Assembly: GCA_951406725.2 (NCBI GenBank)
Contig: OX597814.1
Span: 32,550,001 to 32,614,000, forward strand
DNA: 64,000 bases
Source: Octopus vulgaris
Lineage: Eukaryota
Direction: 5' to 3'
The position numbers and the translations under genes are program-made. Each line of letters starts with the position of its first letter. The first letter of the stretch is position 1. The notes under the pieces are model-generated. The model did no database searches and had not been told where the DNA came from. It saw only the letters and a program-made list of their open reading frames with translations. This document shows, piece by piece, positions 25,983 through 39,947 of this stretch.

Positions 25983-28892
25983 ACATACACATATGTATAT
26001 ATATATACATACACAAATGTAGGCATATATATACATATACATATGTATATATATATGCATACATACACCTGCACATATACATGTGTAAATATATAAATAT
26101 ATGAACGCACACACATATATATGTATATACATATGTATGTATATATATATATATATATATATATAAATATATGTACGTATGTATAGCGAAAGAGAGAGAG
26201 GGACCATCAGACGTGTATATGTAAGTGTACACATACGCAATCAGTCACATACATGCTGACAGACGACAGAACACGGAATGAACCGTACCGCATATGTAAA
26301 GGATATGTAATCACCGACGTATAACATGCACGTAATATGCATAACATAACCGTTATATAAATACATACATTCATATTTATAGATATATGTACATGCACAC
26401 TTACACACAAACACACGGACACACATACAAACACACAAACACACACAAATAGGAATACATCCAAACAAAGAAAAGTAAGACTATATTCTACATATACATA
26501 TATTATATACATATGTTCATACGAATAATTTTCGAAATTGTATCGTGAACATAGTTTTGAAATTTAAACACAGCCTGAAGCTATGATATAAATATGGACG
26601 TTGATATAAGTTCTGAACGTTGAAATCAATGTATGCTGAGTCCCAGAAGATTTTATTTGTTTACCTATCAAATATTTCAATGCTGCTAATATCAGTCTCA
26701 AACGGAATAAAAAGAATCGATGAAGAATAAGTATGAAGAGAGGGAAGAGGTATGGAGGACACTGAGAGAAGGAGAGAGAGAGAGAGAGAGAGAGAGACTG
26801 ACTTGCGGAGAAAATTGAGTCAAAGAGAGAGAGGGGAAAATGTGGTTAATGTATCAATATGCAGCCATTCGTAAGTATCAGCTTGTATGTACACATCTCT
26901 GTATGAATATATTTATATATTATATATTTATACACATGCAGGCACATCTACATGAGTATATACGTGTGTATATGAATGTTTGTGTCTATCAGGTATAGCT
27001 TAAACAGTACGACGTATATTGTGTAGAGTAGACAAATACATTATAGAGAAATGCGTGTATATACGTGTTTGCGCGCGCATTTGTGTATGCGTGTGTACGT
27101 GCGCGTAAGTGTGTGTGCACGTTTATGTGAACATATATATATATATATATATATACATAAATATATATACATCTGTGTGTGTGTACGTGTGTGTGTGTGT
27201 GTGTCCGGGCGTATGTTTGTGTGTGTGTGTGTGTACGGGCGTATGTTTGTGTGTGTGTGTGTGTACGGGCGTATGTTTGTGTGAATATGAATATATTGCC
27301 TAGAAAATTTTCTAGAGGAAATATGAATGCAATGTGATACATTTATACATCGCCTTCATCAGCAGATCATAGAATGAGCAGTCTGTGAATGTTACCGGTA
27401 TTTGGATTCAAATTTCAATTGTTATATTCCTAAAGTATCTAAAACAATGTTACAGATATCGATAAGCCTTTCGTAGATATTACAAGAATTTGTTGTTTTG
27501 TAATAGTTTAGAAAGGGGCCCAGTGAAATAAATTGCAAAGCAAAAATACACATATAAAACTGAACCGTTTCATAATAAATCAAGATAATTACTATGAAAT
27601 ATACATTGCTGATAAAAATATGAAGCTACAACCTAGGAAGAGATAAAGAAAGAAAAGATATTTGTTTTACTGTATGGAATTTATATGTGCCATTCTCATT
27701 AAAATATTTTTTTGATATAGAATTGCTCTGAAATCTAAGTCATTCTCTTTGCAAAACTTTTGTACGAAATATATTTTCGTTTAAAGTAAAAAATATTTGA
27801 TCTTCCCAGAATGACATTTGGATTTAATTAGTAGTTTTTGACCAGAAAATGGAGCACATTGATGAGAAGAGTATCGAATTCACACAAAGATAGATGTATT
27901 CGAGGTTGCCCGAACTGTGAACCAATCTTGATATATTCCGGCAGTTTGAAGACTTGTGGTAATGCAGGTATACTGTGTACTGATCATTCTATTAATTTCT
28001 GAAGGGAAGGAATTGTGTTTATATAGTTTATACAAACATTCAGTCTAGAAAACTAGACTCATTTACAAGGCAAGAATCGCTGCGAGGTATGTTTTTCATT
28101 TATTTTATATACATAGTTTGATTTATTGTATATACTTAGTTTGGTAAATTACATATTAATATATATACGCACTTTAACTCTTATGTTTATGTTCTATTTT
28201 GATGCATTCTTACATATCAATCCGAAGTTTGAGCGTTTATGTATTTTACTTACTCCTTCACAAAAAAGACTGCTCATAGGACTCTCCCCAATAAGGGCAG
28301 TTTTGCCTTTTTCTATTAAAGGGAGTTTTTAACCTAGTGCTTACACTTTTATTTATAGCTTTGTCTGCTGCGAGTTAAATCTTTTAAAATCGAATTATTG
28401 CACGTCTATCGATGCTCCTAAATTTTAATGACGTAAGAATTTTGATTCAGAAGGTAGAACAAAGTCATTAGTATACATTTCAGAAATAGTCACTACAAAG
28501 TATCCTAAAAACTTCGTCACATTTCAGTAATTGTGTCCTGGTCAAAATTCCAATGCATGTTAAGAGAATTGTTCAAAGCTTTCACTAAACATATACAACT
28601 TTGTAAAATATATTTCTATGCATATGTGTATGATAATACACATTGTACCAGCATATAAAAGTTTATATAATATATACATAGATATTCACATATCAATCTC
28701 ATTCTCTATATCGCTCTCTTATCATATATTTATGTGTGTGTGTGTATGTTTATATATATATATATGTATGTATGTATGTTTGTATGTATGTATATGTATA
28801 CACATAGTGCGTAAGGTATTTGAGGACATACAGGTTTTGGGCAATTGCTGCATTTTTTGCTAACTCTATAATTTTTCTTTCAGAAAATAATA

Positions 28893-29999
<1,107 letters not shown>

Positions 30000-30031
30000 A
30001 TGTATGTATGCATGTATATATATATATATAT

Positions 30032-30772
30032 AGGAATATGTACTTACATAAGGCCAAAGATGGTACGGACGCCGCTATATATATTATATGTAGAAAAATA
30101 CAAACTGGGACAAGAACGTAAAACATTTAGAAGCCGATACAAAAAACACGGACGGGACATTCGAAGCCTTCAATCTTCAGTCAAGAACCGGATCATCCTA
30201 GCAATTTCGGCTGATTAATTTTGAGATCGCTCCGATCCGGCCAGCCCCAAGGAAAAACTAAGCTACGAGCATTAGATTTCTTGGAAAAAGGATCGAATGT
30301 ATACGAAACAGGGACAGAAAAACGGACGATTCCACACAAATATAAAATACAAAAAACAATAAAGTAAAAACAGGACAAAAACAGCGGGTATCTTACGACT
30401 AATAGACAATACAACTTAGTTTAACTGGCGTATTTGGAAAAGAATGCCTTTTTCGGCGGACGAAGACAGTGATGTTCTCATGGCGCTGGTTAGAAGCCGA
30501 AAGGCTGGTTGACCAACGGTCACGTGAGAGGAGAAGAGAGAGAAAAAAGGGGGCAAAGGAATCAAAGAGAGAGAGAAAAAGAAGGACGAAGGCAACAAAG
30601 GGGGGAGAAGAGAGAGAAGGAAGGCATTAAAGAGGGGAGAAGAAAGACAGCGTGCAAAGGATTGGCTTGGCGACAGAATCAGTGAGTGCAAAGTGAGAAA
30701 AACAGAGAAATGTGAGAGAGTGGGGGAAGAGTAGACCAAAGAATCAGAGGCAAGAAAAGAGAAAAGGAGGAG

Positions 30773-30827
<55 letters not shown>

Positions 30828-31092
30828 CAGATCAAAGTAGAGTGCAAAGTGTGAAAGGTAGAGAAATGTAGGAGAGAGAGACAGTGTTATAGAGTCGTAC
30901 CAAATTTTAAGGAATATGTACTTACATAAGGCCAAGGAGGGTACGGACGCCGCTATATATATTATATGTAGAAAAATACAAAATGGGACTGATCCGGTTC
31001 TTGACTGAAGATTGAAGGCTTCGAATGTCCCGTCCGTGTTTTTTGTATCGTCTTCTAAATGTTTTACGTTCTTGTGCCAGTTTGTATTTTTC

Positions 31093-31100
<8 letters not shown>
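30032..31100. mobile_element. Penelope-like non-autonomous element with direct terminal repeat plus inverted terminal copy
   Basis: 30032-30110 is repeated directly at 30910-30989; 30990-31100 is the reverse complement of ~30085-30196; GA-rich interior; no ORF. Confidence 0.6.
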
Positions 31101-31160
<60 letters not shown>

Positions 31161-31502
31161 AGAGAGAGAGAGAGAGAGAGAGATGAGACAAGAGAGGGAA
31201 GACAGAGAGAAACGAGAGAGAATTGGTAAAATGGAAAAGACTGTGTTTCCGTATGGCGTGAGTCTAGTCAATCTTTGAAACCGGAATACACATACACATA
31301 TTTTTTCATATATTATATATTATATTATATATACACGTATAGTTGCTTATTGATATTTATGTCTTATATATACATATATACGTGTATATGTTTGTATGAA
31401 TATATATTAATAGTAATGGTATGACAAAAAAGAATGAATGAGACCTCGGTATTATGTAAAAAGAGGTATGTATCTGTAATATAATAAGTGACAATTATTC
31501 GG

Positions 31503-31577
31503 TTGCCATAATAAAACTCTGAGTTTCGGATTTCGGGGCGGAAAACTGCTCCGGCATCTCGTCAGTTATCAAGGCAA
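31503..31577 (-). ncRNA. Type I hammerhead ribozyme motif (GUU site)
   Basis: Minus strand TTGCCTTGATAA-CTGACGA-GAT...ATCC-GAAA-CTCAGAG-TT-TTATTATGGCAA. Confidence 0.6.
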
Positions 31578-32165
31578 TCAAAAAATGCTATGTAAATGAC
31601 CGTTAAACAAAGAGAAATTATTATGTAATTGACTGTTTTTTTAAGACAAAAGAGCCATTAGAATGACCGTTAAATAAGGGGGAAAACCGAAGAGGAGAAA
31701 GTAAAAAGTAAAAAGTAAAAATGCTCATAGAAATCGCATATGCGCGCATGTGCATACATACATATGCGCGCACGCACACCCACGTACATGTGCCTATATA
31801 CATATGCTCACTCACACGTGAAACACATACATACACACCCACACATACGCCTATACATGCAACCACACATGTACACATATACATATCCGCACACACGCTC
31901 GCACACACACACACGTGCACATACCCATAAGCGCACAATTATATTCAAATACACGTCTGAAAATACGCGCAGACTATGTATGCGTATGCTCATCTAGTAA
32001 GGCAGGTTAGACCCCGCTACATGTCTAAATTCAAGAACTGAACATTTGGATCATGTCTACATATGGCTAAATATTTGTTACGTTTTTGGTATCCCCAAGA
32101 TCACAGATAGAACCTTCTCTTTATATTGTATCCACGTACAAGCATTTCATCTCTTCTTATATATA

Positions 32166-32228
<63 letters not shown>

Positions 32229-32418
32229 TTTTACATACTTATTCGTTTATTCTTTCTTTTATTTAGTCAAGCAAATCGACACCAGGACTTATTCTTTGCA
32301 AGCCTAGTATTTATTCTATCGCCCTCTCTTGCCGAACTGCTAGGTGACTGGGACGTAAATACAGCAGCATCGGTTGTCAAGCGATGTTGGGGGTACAAAC
32401 GCAGTCATATACATATAC

Positions 32419-32485
<67 letters not shown>

Positions 32486-32924
32486 CACACACACACACAC
32501 ACGACGGGCTTCTTTCAGTTTCTATAGCATGAGTGTATTTAGGCATGTATTTGAATATAATTGTGCGCGTATGGGTATGTGCACGTGTGTGTGTGTGCAC
32601 ATGTGTACGCGGATATGTATTTGTATACATGTATGGTTGCATATATATATGCATATATAAGCGTATGTGTGGGTGTGCGTGTATGTGTTTCACGCGAGTG
32701 TAAGTGATCATATGCATATAGGCACATGTTCGTGTGTTTGCGTGCGCGCATGTGTAGGTGTGTACGTGCGCGCATACTCGATTTCTATGAGCATTTTTAC
32801 TTCCTCCTCTTCGATCCCTCATCCCTTATTTAACGGTCATTCTAATGGCTCTTTTGTCTTAAAAAACAGTCAATCACATAATAATTTCTCTTTGTTTAAC
32901 GGTCATTTACATAGCATTTTTTGA

Positions 32925-32999
32925 TTGCCTTGATAACTGACGAGATGCCGGAGCAGATTTCCGCCCCGACATCCGAAACTCGGAGTCTTATTATGGTAA
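32925..32999 (+). ncRNA. Type I hammerhead ribozyme motif (GUC site, predicted cleavage after 32987)
   Basis: Stem I TTGCC.TGATAA/TTATTA.GGTAA; core CTGACGA 32937-32943; stem II GATG.CGG/CCG.CATC; GAAA 32975-32978; stem III CTC-G-GAG; then TC. Confidence 0.7.
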
Positions 33000-33050
33000 C
33001 CGATTAATTGACACACATTATATTACAGATGTATATGTGTGTATGTGTGT

Positions 33051-33305
33051 GTGGAGGCGCGTGGTTTAGTGGTTAGAGTGTCAGCACCATGATCGTAAGA
33101 TGGTGGTTTCGATTCCTGGACCGGGCGACGCGTTGTGTTCTCGAGCAAAACACTTCATTTCTCGTTGTTCAAGTCCACTCAGCTTGCAAAAATGAGTAAC
33201 GCTGCGATGGATGGGCGTCCCGCCCAGCTGGGGAAAACACACGCCATAGAAACCGGGAAGCCGAGCCCATGAGCCTGGATAGGCTTTAAAAGGGTGCATA
33301 TATTT
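33051..33305 (+). mobile_element. SINE-D, full length
   Basis: A-box TGGTTTAGTGG, B-box GTTTCGATTCC; homologous to 14429-14678. Confidence 0.85.
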
Positions 33306-33448
33306 ATTATTATTATATATATATAATTATTATTTGAGGGAATAAAATCCAAACTTACAAGGAAAAAGAATTCAATTTAGAAATACTAAATCAAATTCCA
33401 CACAATATAATATATATAAAATGTTAGAAAAAAAATACCTTTTATCAA

Positions 33449-33676
33449 TTCGAAATGAATTATTAAATTACACCATCTAGAAAATTACATATAATAGAAA
33501 AGTTAAAGTTAAAATAACAATTAATAAGTAAAGATTAAGTAAATTACAAGAATAATTATATACATTATATTATTCTTGTAATTTACTTAATCTTTACTTT
33601 TTATTTGTTATTTTAATTTTAACTTTTCTATTATATGTAATTTTCTAGATGGTGTAATTTAATTATTCATTTTGAA
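33449..33676. repeat. AT-rich near-perfect hairpin (~108-bp arms, ~12-nt loop)
   Basis: TTACACCATCTAGAAAATTACATATAATAGAAAAGTTAAA versus TTTAACTTTTCTATTATATGTAATTTTCTAGATGGTGTAA. Confidence 0.92.
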
Positions 33677-33953
33677 AGAATGGAGCTGAACGACGAATTA
33701 ACAAAATTCCTTTATTTTCGACATATGTTTCGAAGGCTGCATATTCCTAATTGCGAAGGAATAAGGAGTATTCATATATTTATATATTTAAAATAAACAT
33801 ACAAATTTCCACACGAAAACACGTAATCTATGCCCTAGGCACGTAACTTCAACCATGTTTTTTCTGATGTGAATTTGCTACCCAGGTATCGGTTAATTCG
33901 AATTATCCTTAATAAGATAATTCATTCAACTACTCAAATATTCATACATATAC

Positions 33954-33984
<31 letters not shown>

Positions 33985-34023
33985 CAAGCATATACTTGCA
34001 TATGCATATATAAATGTGCATAC

Positions 34024-34069
<46 letters not shown>

Positions 34070-34566
34070 GTATATATAAACTTACATCATACTTTGATTC
34101 ATATGTAAATGCGTATATAATAAAAGAGTAGCATTATAACTATGGGAAATAGTAAGCACATGAAACGTTGAAGGTGAGTTATATGAAGGAAAGAAACGCA
34201 AAAATGCCAAATGAATGAAAGCGCTGCACTGAATAATAAAGAACTGCGAGAATAAGGCGATGTCTTTTATGGAAGATGTACGAAAGATTAGAGCAGCAAT
34301 TATTTGTATTGTTATGAGCAACTGATAGATATTTCTGTGCGATATTGTCTATTATATGCTGTAAGACAGTGGAACTAATTGCTGCTTTGTATGATTCACT
34401 ATAAACACAGGTAATACTTTTTTTTTTCTCCATGAAATATCACTTCAATGCATTCTTGTTGTAAGCAAACGCTTGTTACACACACACACACGCACGCACA
34501 TACGCATGTGTGCTTGTATTTAAGTATACATATATATGTATATGTATGTATATTGATAGATAAACT

Positions 34567-34599
<33 letters not shown>

Positions 34600-34654
34600 G
34601 AACATATACACAAACGCACACACTCACACACACATATATATATATAAATGTGTA

Positions 34655-34706
<52 letters not shown>

Positions 34707-34740
34707 TATATATATTAACATACACAACACACACACACAC

Positions 34741-34774
<34 letters not shown>

Positions 34775-34831
34775 CGTTTGAATTTTCGATTTTTGGAATT
34801 CTCACTTCGTTCCGTCTCTTTCCTCCCAGTT

Positions 34832-34873
<42 letters not shown>

Positions 34874-35110
34874 TGTAATGTATGCTACTTTATTAAAAAT
34901 AACTCGAGGCAGATATTTTAAAATACACACATACCCTACTAAAAAGTGTTATGCTTTGGAAATGAGTGGCTTACGAGATCAGAAGCAGAAGAATTCTTCA
35001 GCCGAACAGCAAGTATAGGAAATCTGAGTTCAAATGTTATATACTCTCACGACAAAGGAAAATTCGTTCAGAATTTTCATCGAGTATTTTTGTGTGCGTA
35101 GAATATAGTA

Positions 35111-35545
35111 GGCAGCGAGCTGGCAGAAACGTTAGCACGCCGGGCGAAAGGATTAGCGGCTTTTCTTCTGCCGCTACGGTCTGAGTTCAAATTCCGGTGA
35201 GGTCGACTTTGCTTTTCATCCTTCCGAGGTCGATTAAATAAGTACCAATTACGCACTAGGGTCGACATAATCGACTTAATCCCTTGCCCTTCTCGGTCTT
35301 TGTTTATCCTCACAGTGTGTAGCCCCTTGTGGGCAGTAAAGAAATAAGAAACGTTAACACTCCAGGCGAGATGCTTAGTGTATTTCGTCTGTTTTTACCT
35401 TCTGAGTTCTAATTCCGCAGATGTCGAATTTGCTTTTCATCCTTTCTGTTTTGATAAATTAAGTATTAATTGCGTGCTGGGGTCTATCTTAATGTACTGT
35501 CCCCAACTCCCCAAATTTCAGGCCTTGTGCCTAGAGTAGAATAAA
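35111..35545 (+). mobile_element. SINE-C dimer (long-tail unit followed by short-tail unit)
   Basis: Second unit re-enters at AGAAACGTTA right after the tail AAAGAAATA. Confidence 0.85.
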
Positions 35546-36060
35546 GTAGGTTAATAAATACATTTTTAATCCGAACTTAAAAGTATGAATACAGACATTT
35601 CTTGAAATATTCCAAGAGCGTTTCATTTTAAAAAACCTACAAAGTACTCCATAAGGAAGCGTTTAGAATAATGGTATCACATTTTGAAATAATGTCGGTA
35701 ATTTTGAAGGAGAAACAAGTCGAAATCATCGAGCTCGGTGCTCAAAGTAGTATTTACTTTATCGACCCCGAAAGGAAGTAACTTGGAGTATTTTAACTTG
35801 AAATTTTGTGCATTCATAGCTCTTATTATGTGTTAAGCCATAGATAATAGATAAATATCTACTGGCATTTCTGCTCCTCATTATCAAACATTATTAATAT
35901 CTCTCCTTCGATTATATCCCATCACGTTTTCTAGAAGCATATCTTCAGCAATAACTAAACAGTCATGAAAATATCTGAAGCGCGTAATTAATCAAAAGTT
36001 TGAGTGAACAGTAACTGGTTGAGAATAATTGTAGCGAAGAAAGTAAATACATACCCGATA

Positions 36061-36279
36061 TAAGAGGGGATGCTGAAAAGGCCCTGGATATGGATGAAAG
36101 AGAATACAGGAGGATCAGTAAATTACGATTTTAGTCAACATATCCCCTCTCAGATTCACGCATTTATTGCAGCGGCCCTTCAGTTTTTCTAAGCCCTGTA
36201 AAAGAACTCGGAAGCTGGGTCTCCAAATGGGTCTTTCGCGTTACCCTTAAAGCCAGGAACTTTCCAGCACCATTTCGTA
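36061..36279. mobile_element. Tc1/mariner-type MITE
   Basis: TIRs TAAGAGGGGATGCTGAAAAGGCCCTGG and CCAGGAACTTTCCAGCACCATTTCGTA with TA flanks; homologous to 22761-23761. Confidence 0.78.
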
Positions 36280-36401
36280 TAACGAGGGAAAAAGGCATAT
36301 TTGAGATATTCACTTAAAGAACAATATAATACTTATCAGTTTTTTTCAACCGAAATTTAATAATTTTATATCAGCAACAAGAATATGTATATTGCTATAT
36401 C

Positions 36402-36509
36402 TATCACGTTGAAAGCACCGGTTCTCGTCTGATCACCGAAGTTAAGCAACGTCGAGCCTAGTCAGTACTTAGATGGGTGACCGCTTGGGAAACCTAGGTG
36501 CAGTAAGCA
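36402..36509 (+). pseudogene. 5S rRNA pseudogene (lacks ~11 5' nt and the oligo-T terminator)
   Basis: TATCACGTTGAAAGCACCGGTTCTCGTCTGATCACCGAAGTTAAGCAACG...AGTACTTAGATGGGTGACCGCTTGGGAAACCTAGGTGCAGTAAGCA matches the metazoan 5S consensus with box A and box C. Confidence 0.92.
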
Positions 36510-37299
36510 TAGCACATTGTTGTAGTAAAGAAATATATATCTATTGTTACATAACGTGAAAGCATGGCTGTCTATCGTATAAATTTACCCCACTGTATGT
36601 ACACAAAATGACGTATGCATATGTCAGTCAGAGAGAAAGAGAGAGACGAGGCAAGAGAAGGGAGAGAGAGACGAGGCAGGAGAAGGAGGAGAGAGAGAGA
36701 CGAGGCAGGAGAGGTAAGAGAGAGAGAGAGACGAGAGAGATTTGGTAAAAAGTCAATCTTTGAAACTGGAATAATCCTTTATTAAAAACATTCTTTTCTT
36801 TGCAGGAGTTCATCTGATATAATCTTTTTTTTTTTTTTCACTTATTGCAGGCAATGGACTGCAGCCATGTTGAGGGACCACCTTGAAAGTTTTTATTCGA
36901 ACAAATAGAGCAAAGTATATATATTTTTTCAAAATCTGGTACTTATTCTGACAGCATCTTTTAAGGAACCGCTATATATAAAGATAGTCATAACCTTAAA
37001 CTTTTAAACGCTATGAGCGTTCCCTATAATGAATCTTTATTTTGTTTTTTGATTATATATATTATAGCTATTCCAAAATAAAACGAAACACCTGCAGCAG
37101 ATTTAGAAAAACGGTTGAAATAATTTATGGATATTCTCATAATTTATTTACTTCACCAATTCATTTCTATATTAAATATTATGTATGCAGAAAGTTAAGT
37201 GCGTGGAGACTGCATGGATATTTTTGTTTGAATAAGTGAGAAAATATGTGCACGCTTAACATGTATACCGGTATGTGCGTGTGTGTATATTTATATATA

Positions 37300-37692
37300 G
37301 TAGAGGCGCAATGGCCCAGTGGTTAGGGCAGCGGACTCGAGGTCATAGGATCGTGGTTTCGATTCCCAGACCGGGCGTTGTGAGTGTTTATTGAGCGAAA
37401 ACACCTAAAAGCTCCACGAGGCTCCGGCAGGGGATGGTGGTGATCCCTGCTGTACTCTTTCACCGCAACTTTCTCTCACTCTTACTTCCTGTTTCTGTTG
37501 TACCTTATTTCAAAGGGCCGGCCTTGTCACTCTCTGTGTCACGCTGAATATTCCCGAGAACTACGTTAAGGGTACACGTGTCTGTGGAGTGCTCAGACGT
37601 TAACTTACACGTTAATTTCACGAGCAGGCTGTTCCGTTGATTCGGATCAACCGGAACCCTCGTCGTCGTAACCGACGGAGTGCTTCCATTCC
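37300..37692 (+). mobile_element. SINE-B, full length
   Basis: TSD ATTTATATATA at 37289-37299 and 37693-37703. Confidence 0.92.
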
Positions 37693-37735
37693 ATTTATAT
37701 ATACCCATATATACACACATATATACACACACATG

Positions 37736-37803
<68 letters not shown>

Positions 37804-38067
37804 TACATATATGTATACATGCATACATATATATACAAGCACGTACATATGTATGCATATATATATATATACTACTAATATAGGATGAAGTTTTTTTACA
37901 GAAAAAAAAATTCAATCAAAAAGTGCCAGCATATTAAAATCCCTTTAAATGTTAAAATTATAAACAACTTATAAACAAAGGCAAAAGAAAATTATTTCTA
38001 TGCCAATATGCTTTTGGTATTTGAGTACTCCTTTTTCCACCTTGTTTCACATTTATGTGTTTACTCC

Positions 38068-38131
<64 letters not shown>

Positions 38132-39119
38132 TACATACACACACACAGATATATACATACATGTTTTTATCCATGTATGTATGTATGTATAACGATTACG
38201 GGCTGAGAGAAATTATCCAACGTGGCCAATGGTAAGTACTTGAACAAGACGAATAAAGATATATTCAATACGGTACACGATAAATCTTTGAATTTTGAAA
38301 TTTAATACTGTCTCCAGAAAATGTGGAAGAATTGTTTGATGGCAATCGGGGTTTACTCCTGATGAGAAAGGAAGACAACCTCAAGAACCAAGCAGTCTCT
38401 AAAGCGGACTGCTATGATTATTTCACAGCTTTACTTCATCTTCAGCAAGGAACTATAATATAACAAAGGAATAAGTTTATCAAATTTCACGTTAACCATC
38501 ATCATCATTGTCATAGTTGTCATCGTCGTCGTCATCATCATCATCATCAACACCTGGAAATTACTCGAGTGCTAGGACTCATTGGGGCCGGTTACCCGGT
38601 TTCCATTGCTTATAAGTAACCGACATGATGGGCATTCCGCCTGAACGAGATGCCAGTCCGTCACAGAATTACTCATTTGCAACTATGCGGACGGGGGCAG
38701 CGTAACTTCACACACGTTTTCCTCAAGAACAAAGCGCACCGCCTAGTTCAAGAATCAAACCACGATGTGCCAATCATTCATCTAATTCGTTTTTAAACTT
38801 TTGTTTTTTTCCAGTTGCAATTAATTTGTGAGCGGCGAACTGGCAAAATGCCTACCGACATTTCTTCTGACTCAGGTTTGCCATTAATCCTTCTCACTTC
38901 GATAAAATAAAGTACCAATCAAGTACAAGGGCTGAGTGTGATGTAATCAACTTACCCTTCCCCTCAAAATAGCTAATCTTGAATCCTGTAATTGACCGGC
39001 GTCTATTTGAGGGCGAAAGTTGTAATCTCAGCCACTTATATGACAATGCACACAGGGTGACCGTCGTTATGAGTGCTGGGACTCGTGAAAATGAAATGTA
39101 TGAATACGCAAGGCATAAA

Positions 39120-39322
39120 TATTGGTTTCAAATTTTGGCACATGGCTAGCAATTTTGAGGGAGGAGTTAAATCGATTACATCGACCCCAATACTGAACTG
39201 ATACTAATTTTAATCAACCCCGAAGGAAAGAAATGCAGAGACGACCTCGGCGGAAACTGAACTCAGAACGTAAAGACGGGCGAAACATATTGCCCGGCGC
39301 AATAACAATTCTGCCAGCTCGG
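39120..39322 (-). mobile_element. SINE-C short-tail copy; older SINE-D (38570-38780) and SINE-C (38830-38985) relics lie upstream
   Basis: TCGATTACATCGACCCC...GAACTCAGAACGTAAAGAC...CTGCCAGCTC. Confidence 0.8.
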
Positions 39323-39862
39323 TATAAATATTATCAAGTATTTCTTTGTGTCTAAAAATGTCGGTTTCCTAGATACAAAGTTGGGCACCTGCTGTAGTGG
39401 ATAATACGTGAACACAGATAAGATGGTACGTCAGTTTTAGCAAAGTCTTGAATCTTGAGGTTATAACCTTCTCATTTGGAATTGGTGCCAATTGTAAGGA
39501 AAGGAATTCTTTATGTTCTCTGAAAGAAGAAGTTATTTCAATAAATCATAAACTGAAATTGTGTGATATATAATATAACATTATTCGTCTGATATACACA
39601 GGCACACACACACACACACACATATATATATAAATATATATATATATTTGTGTGTGTATGTGCGCGTGTATATAACTTGCGTGCAAATATATGTGTGTTC
39701 GTATGCATGCGTATATGTATATAGACAAATATATACATATCTATGCATGGAAACACGCTCACATACCTACACTCGCCACGCATGCGCGCACTCACGAGCA
39801 CACACACACATATCTATATGTAGCTATATATATATATATCTATATATCCATGTGTGCGTATG

Positions 39863-39947
<85 letters not shown>

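Larger units (their letters stand above)
31468..33034. repeat. Large inverted repeat (~510-bp arms at 31468-31978 and 32523-33034; ~550-bp spacer containing a SINE-A fragment)
   Basis: For example TTAAGACAAAAGAGCCATTAGAATGACCGTTAAATAAGGG versus CCCTTATTTAACGGTCATTCTAATGGCTCTTTTGTCTTAA. Confidence 0.92.

Noticed and set aside
27195-27285. Three 28-bp tandem units containing CGGGCGTATGTTT; also 26-bp GA-rich units at 36640-36740
   Set aside because: Ordinary slippage-derived minisatellites within microsatellite
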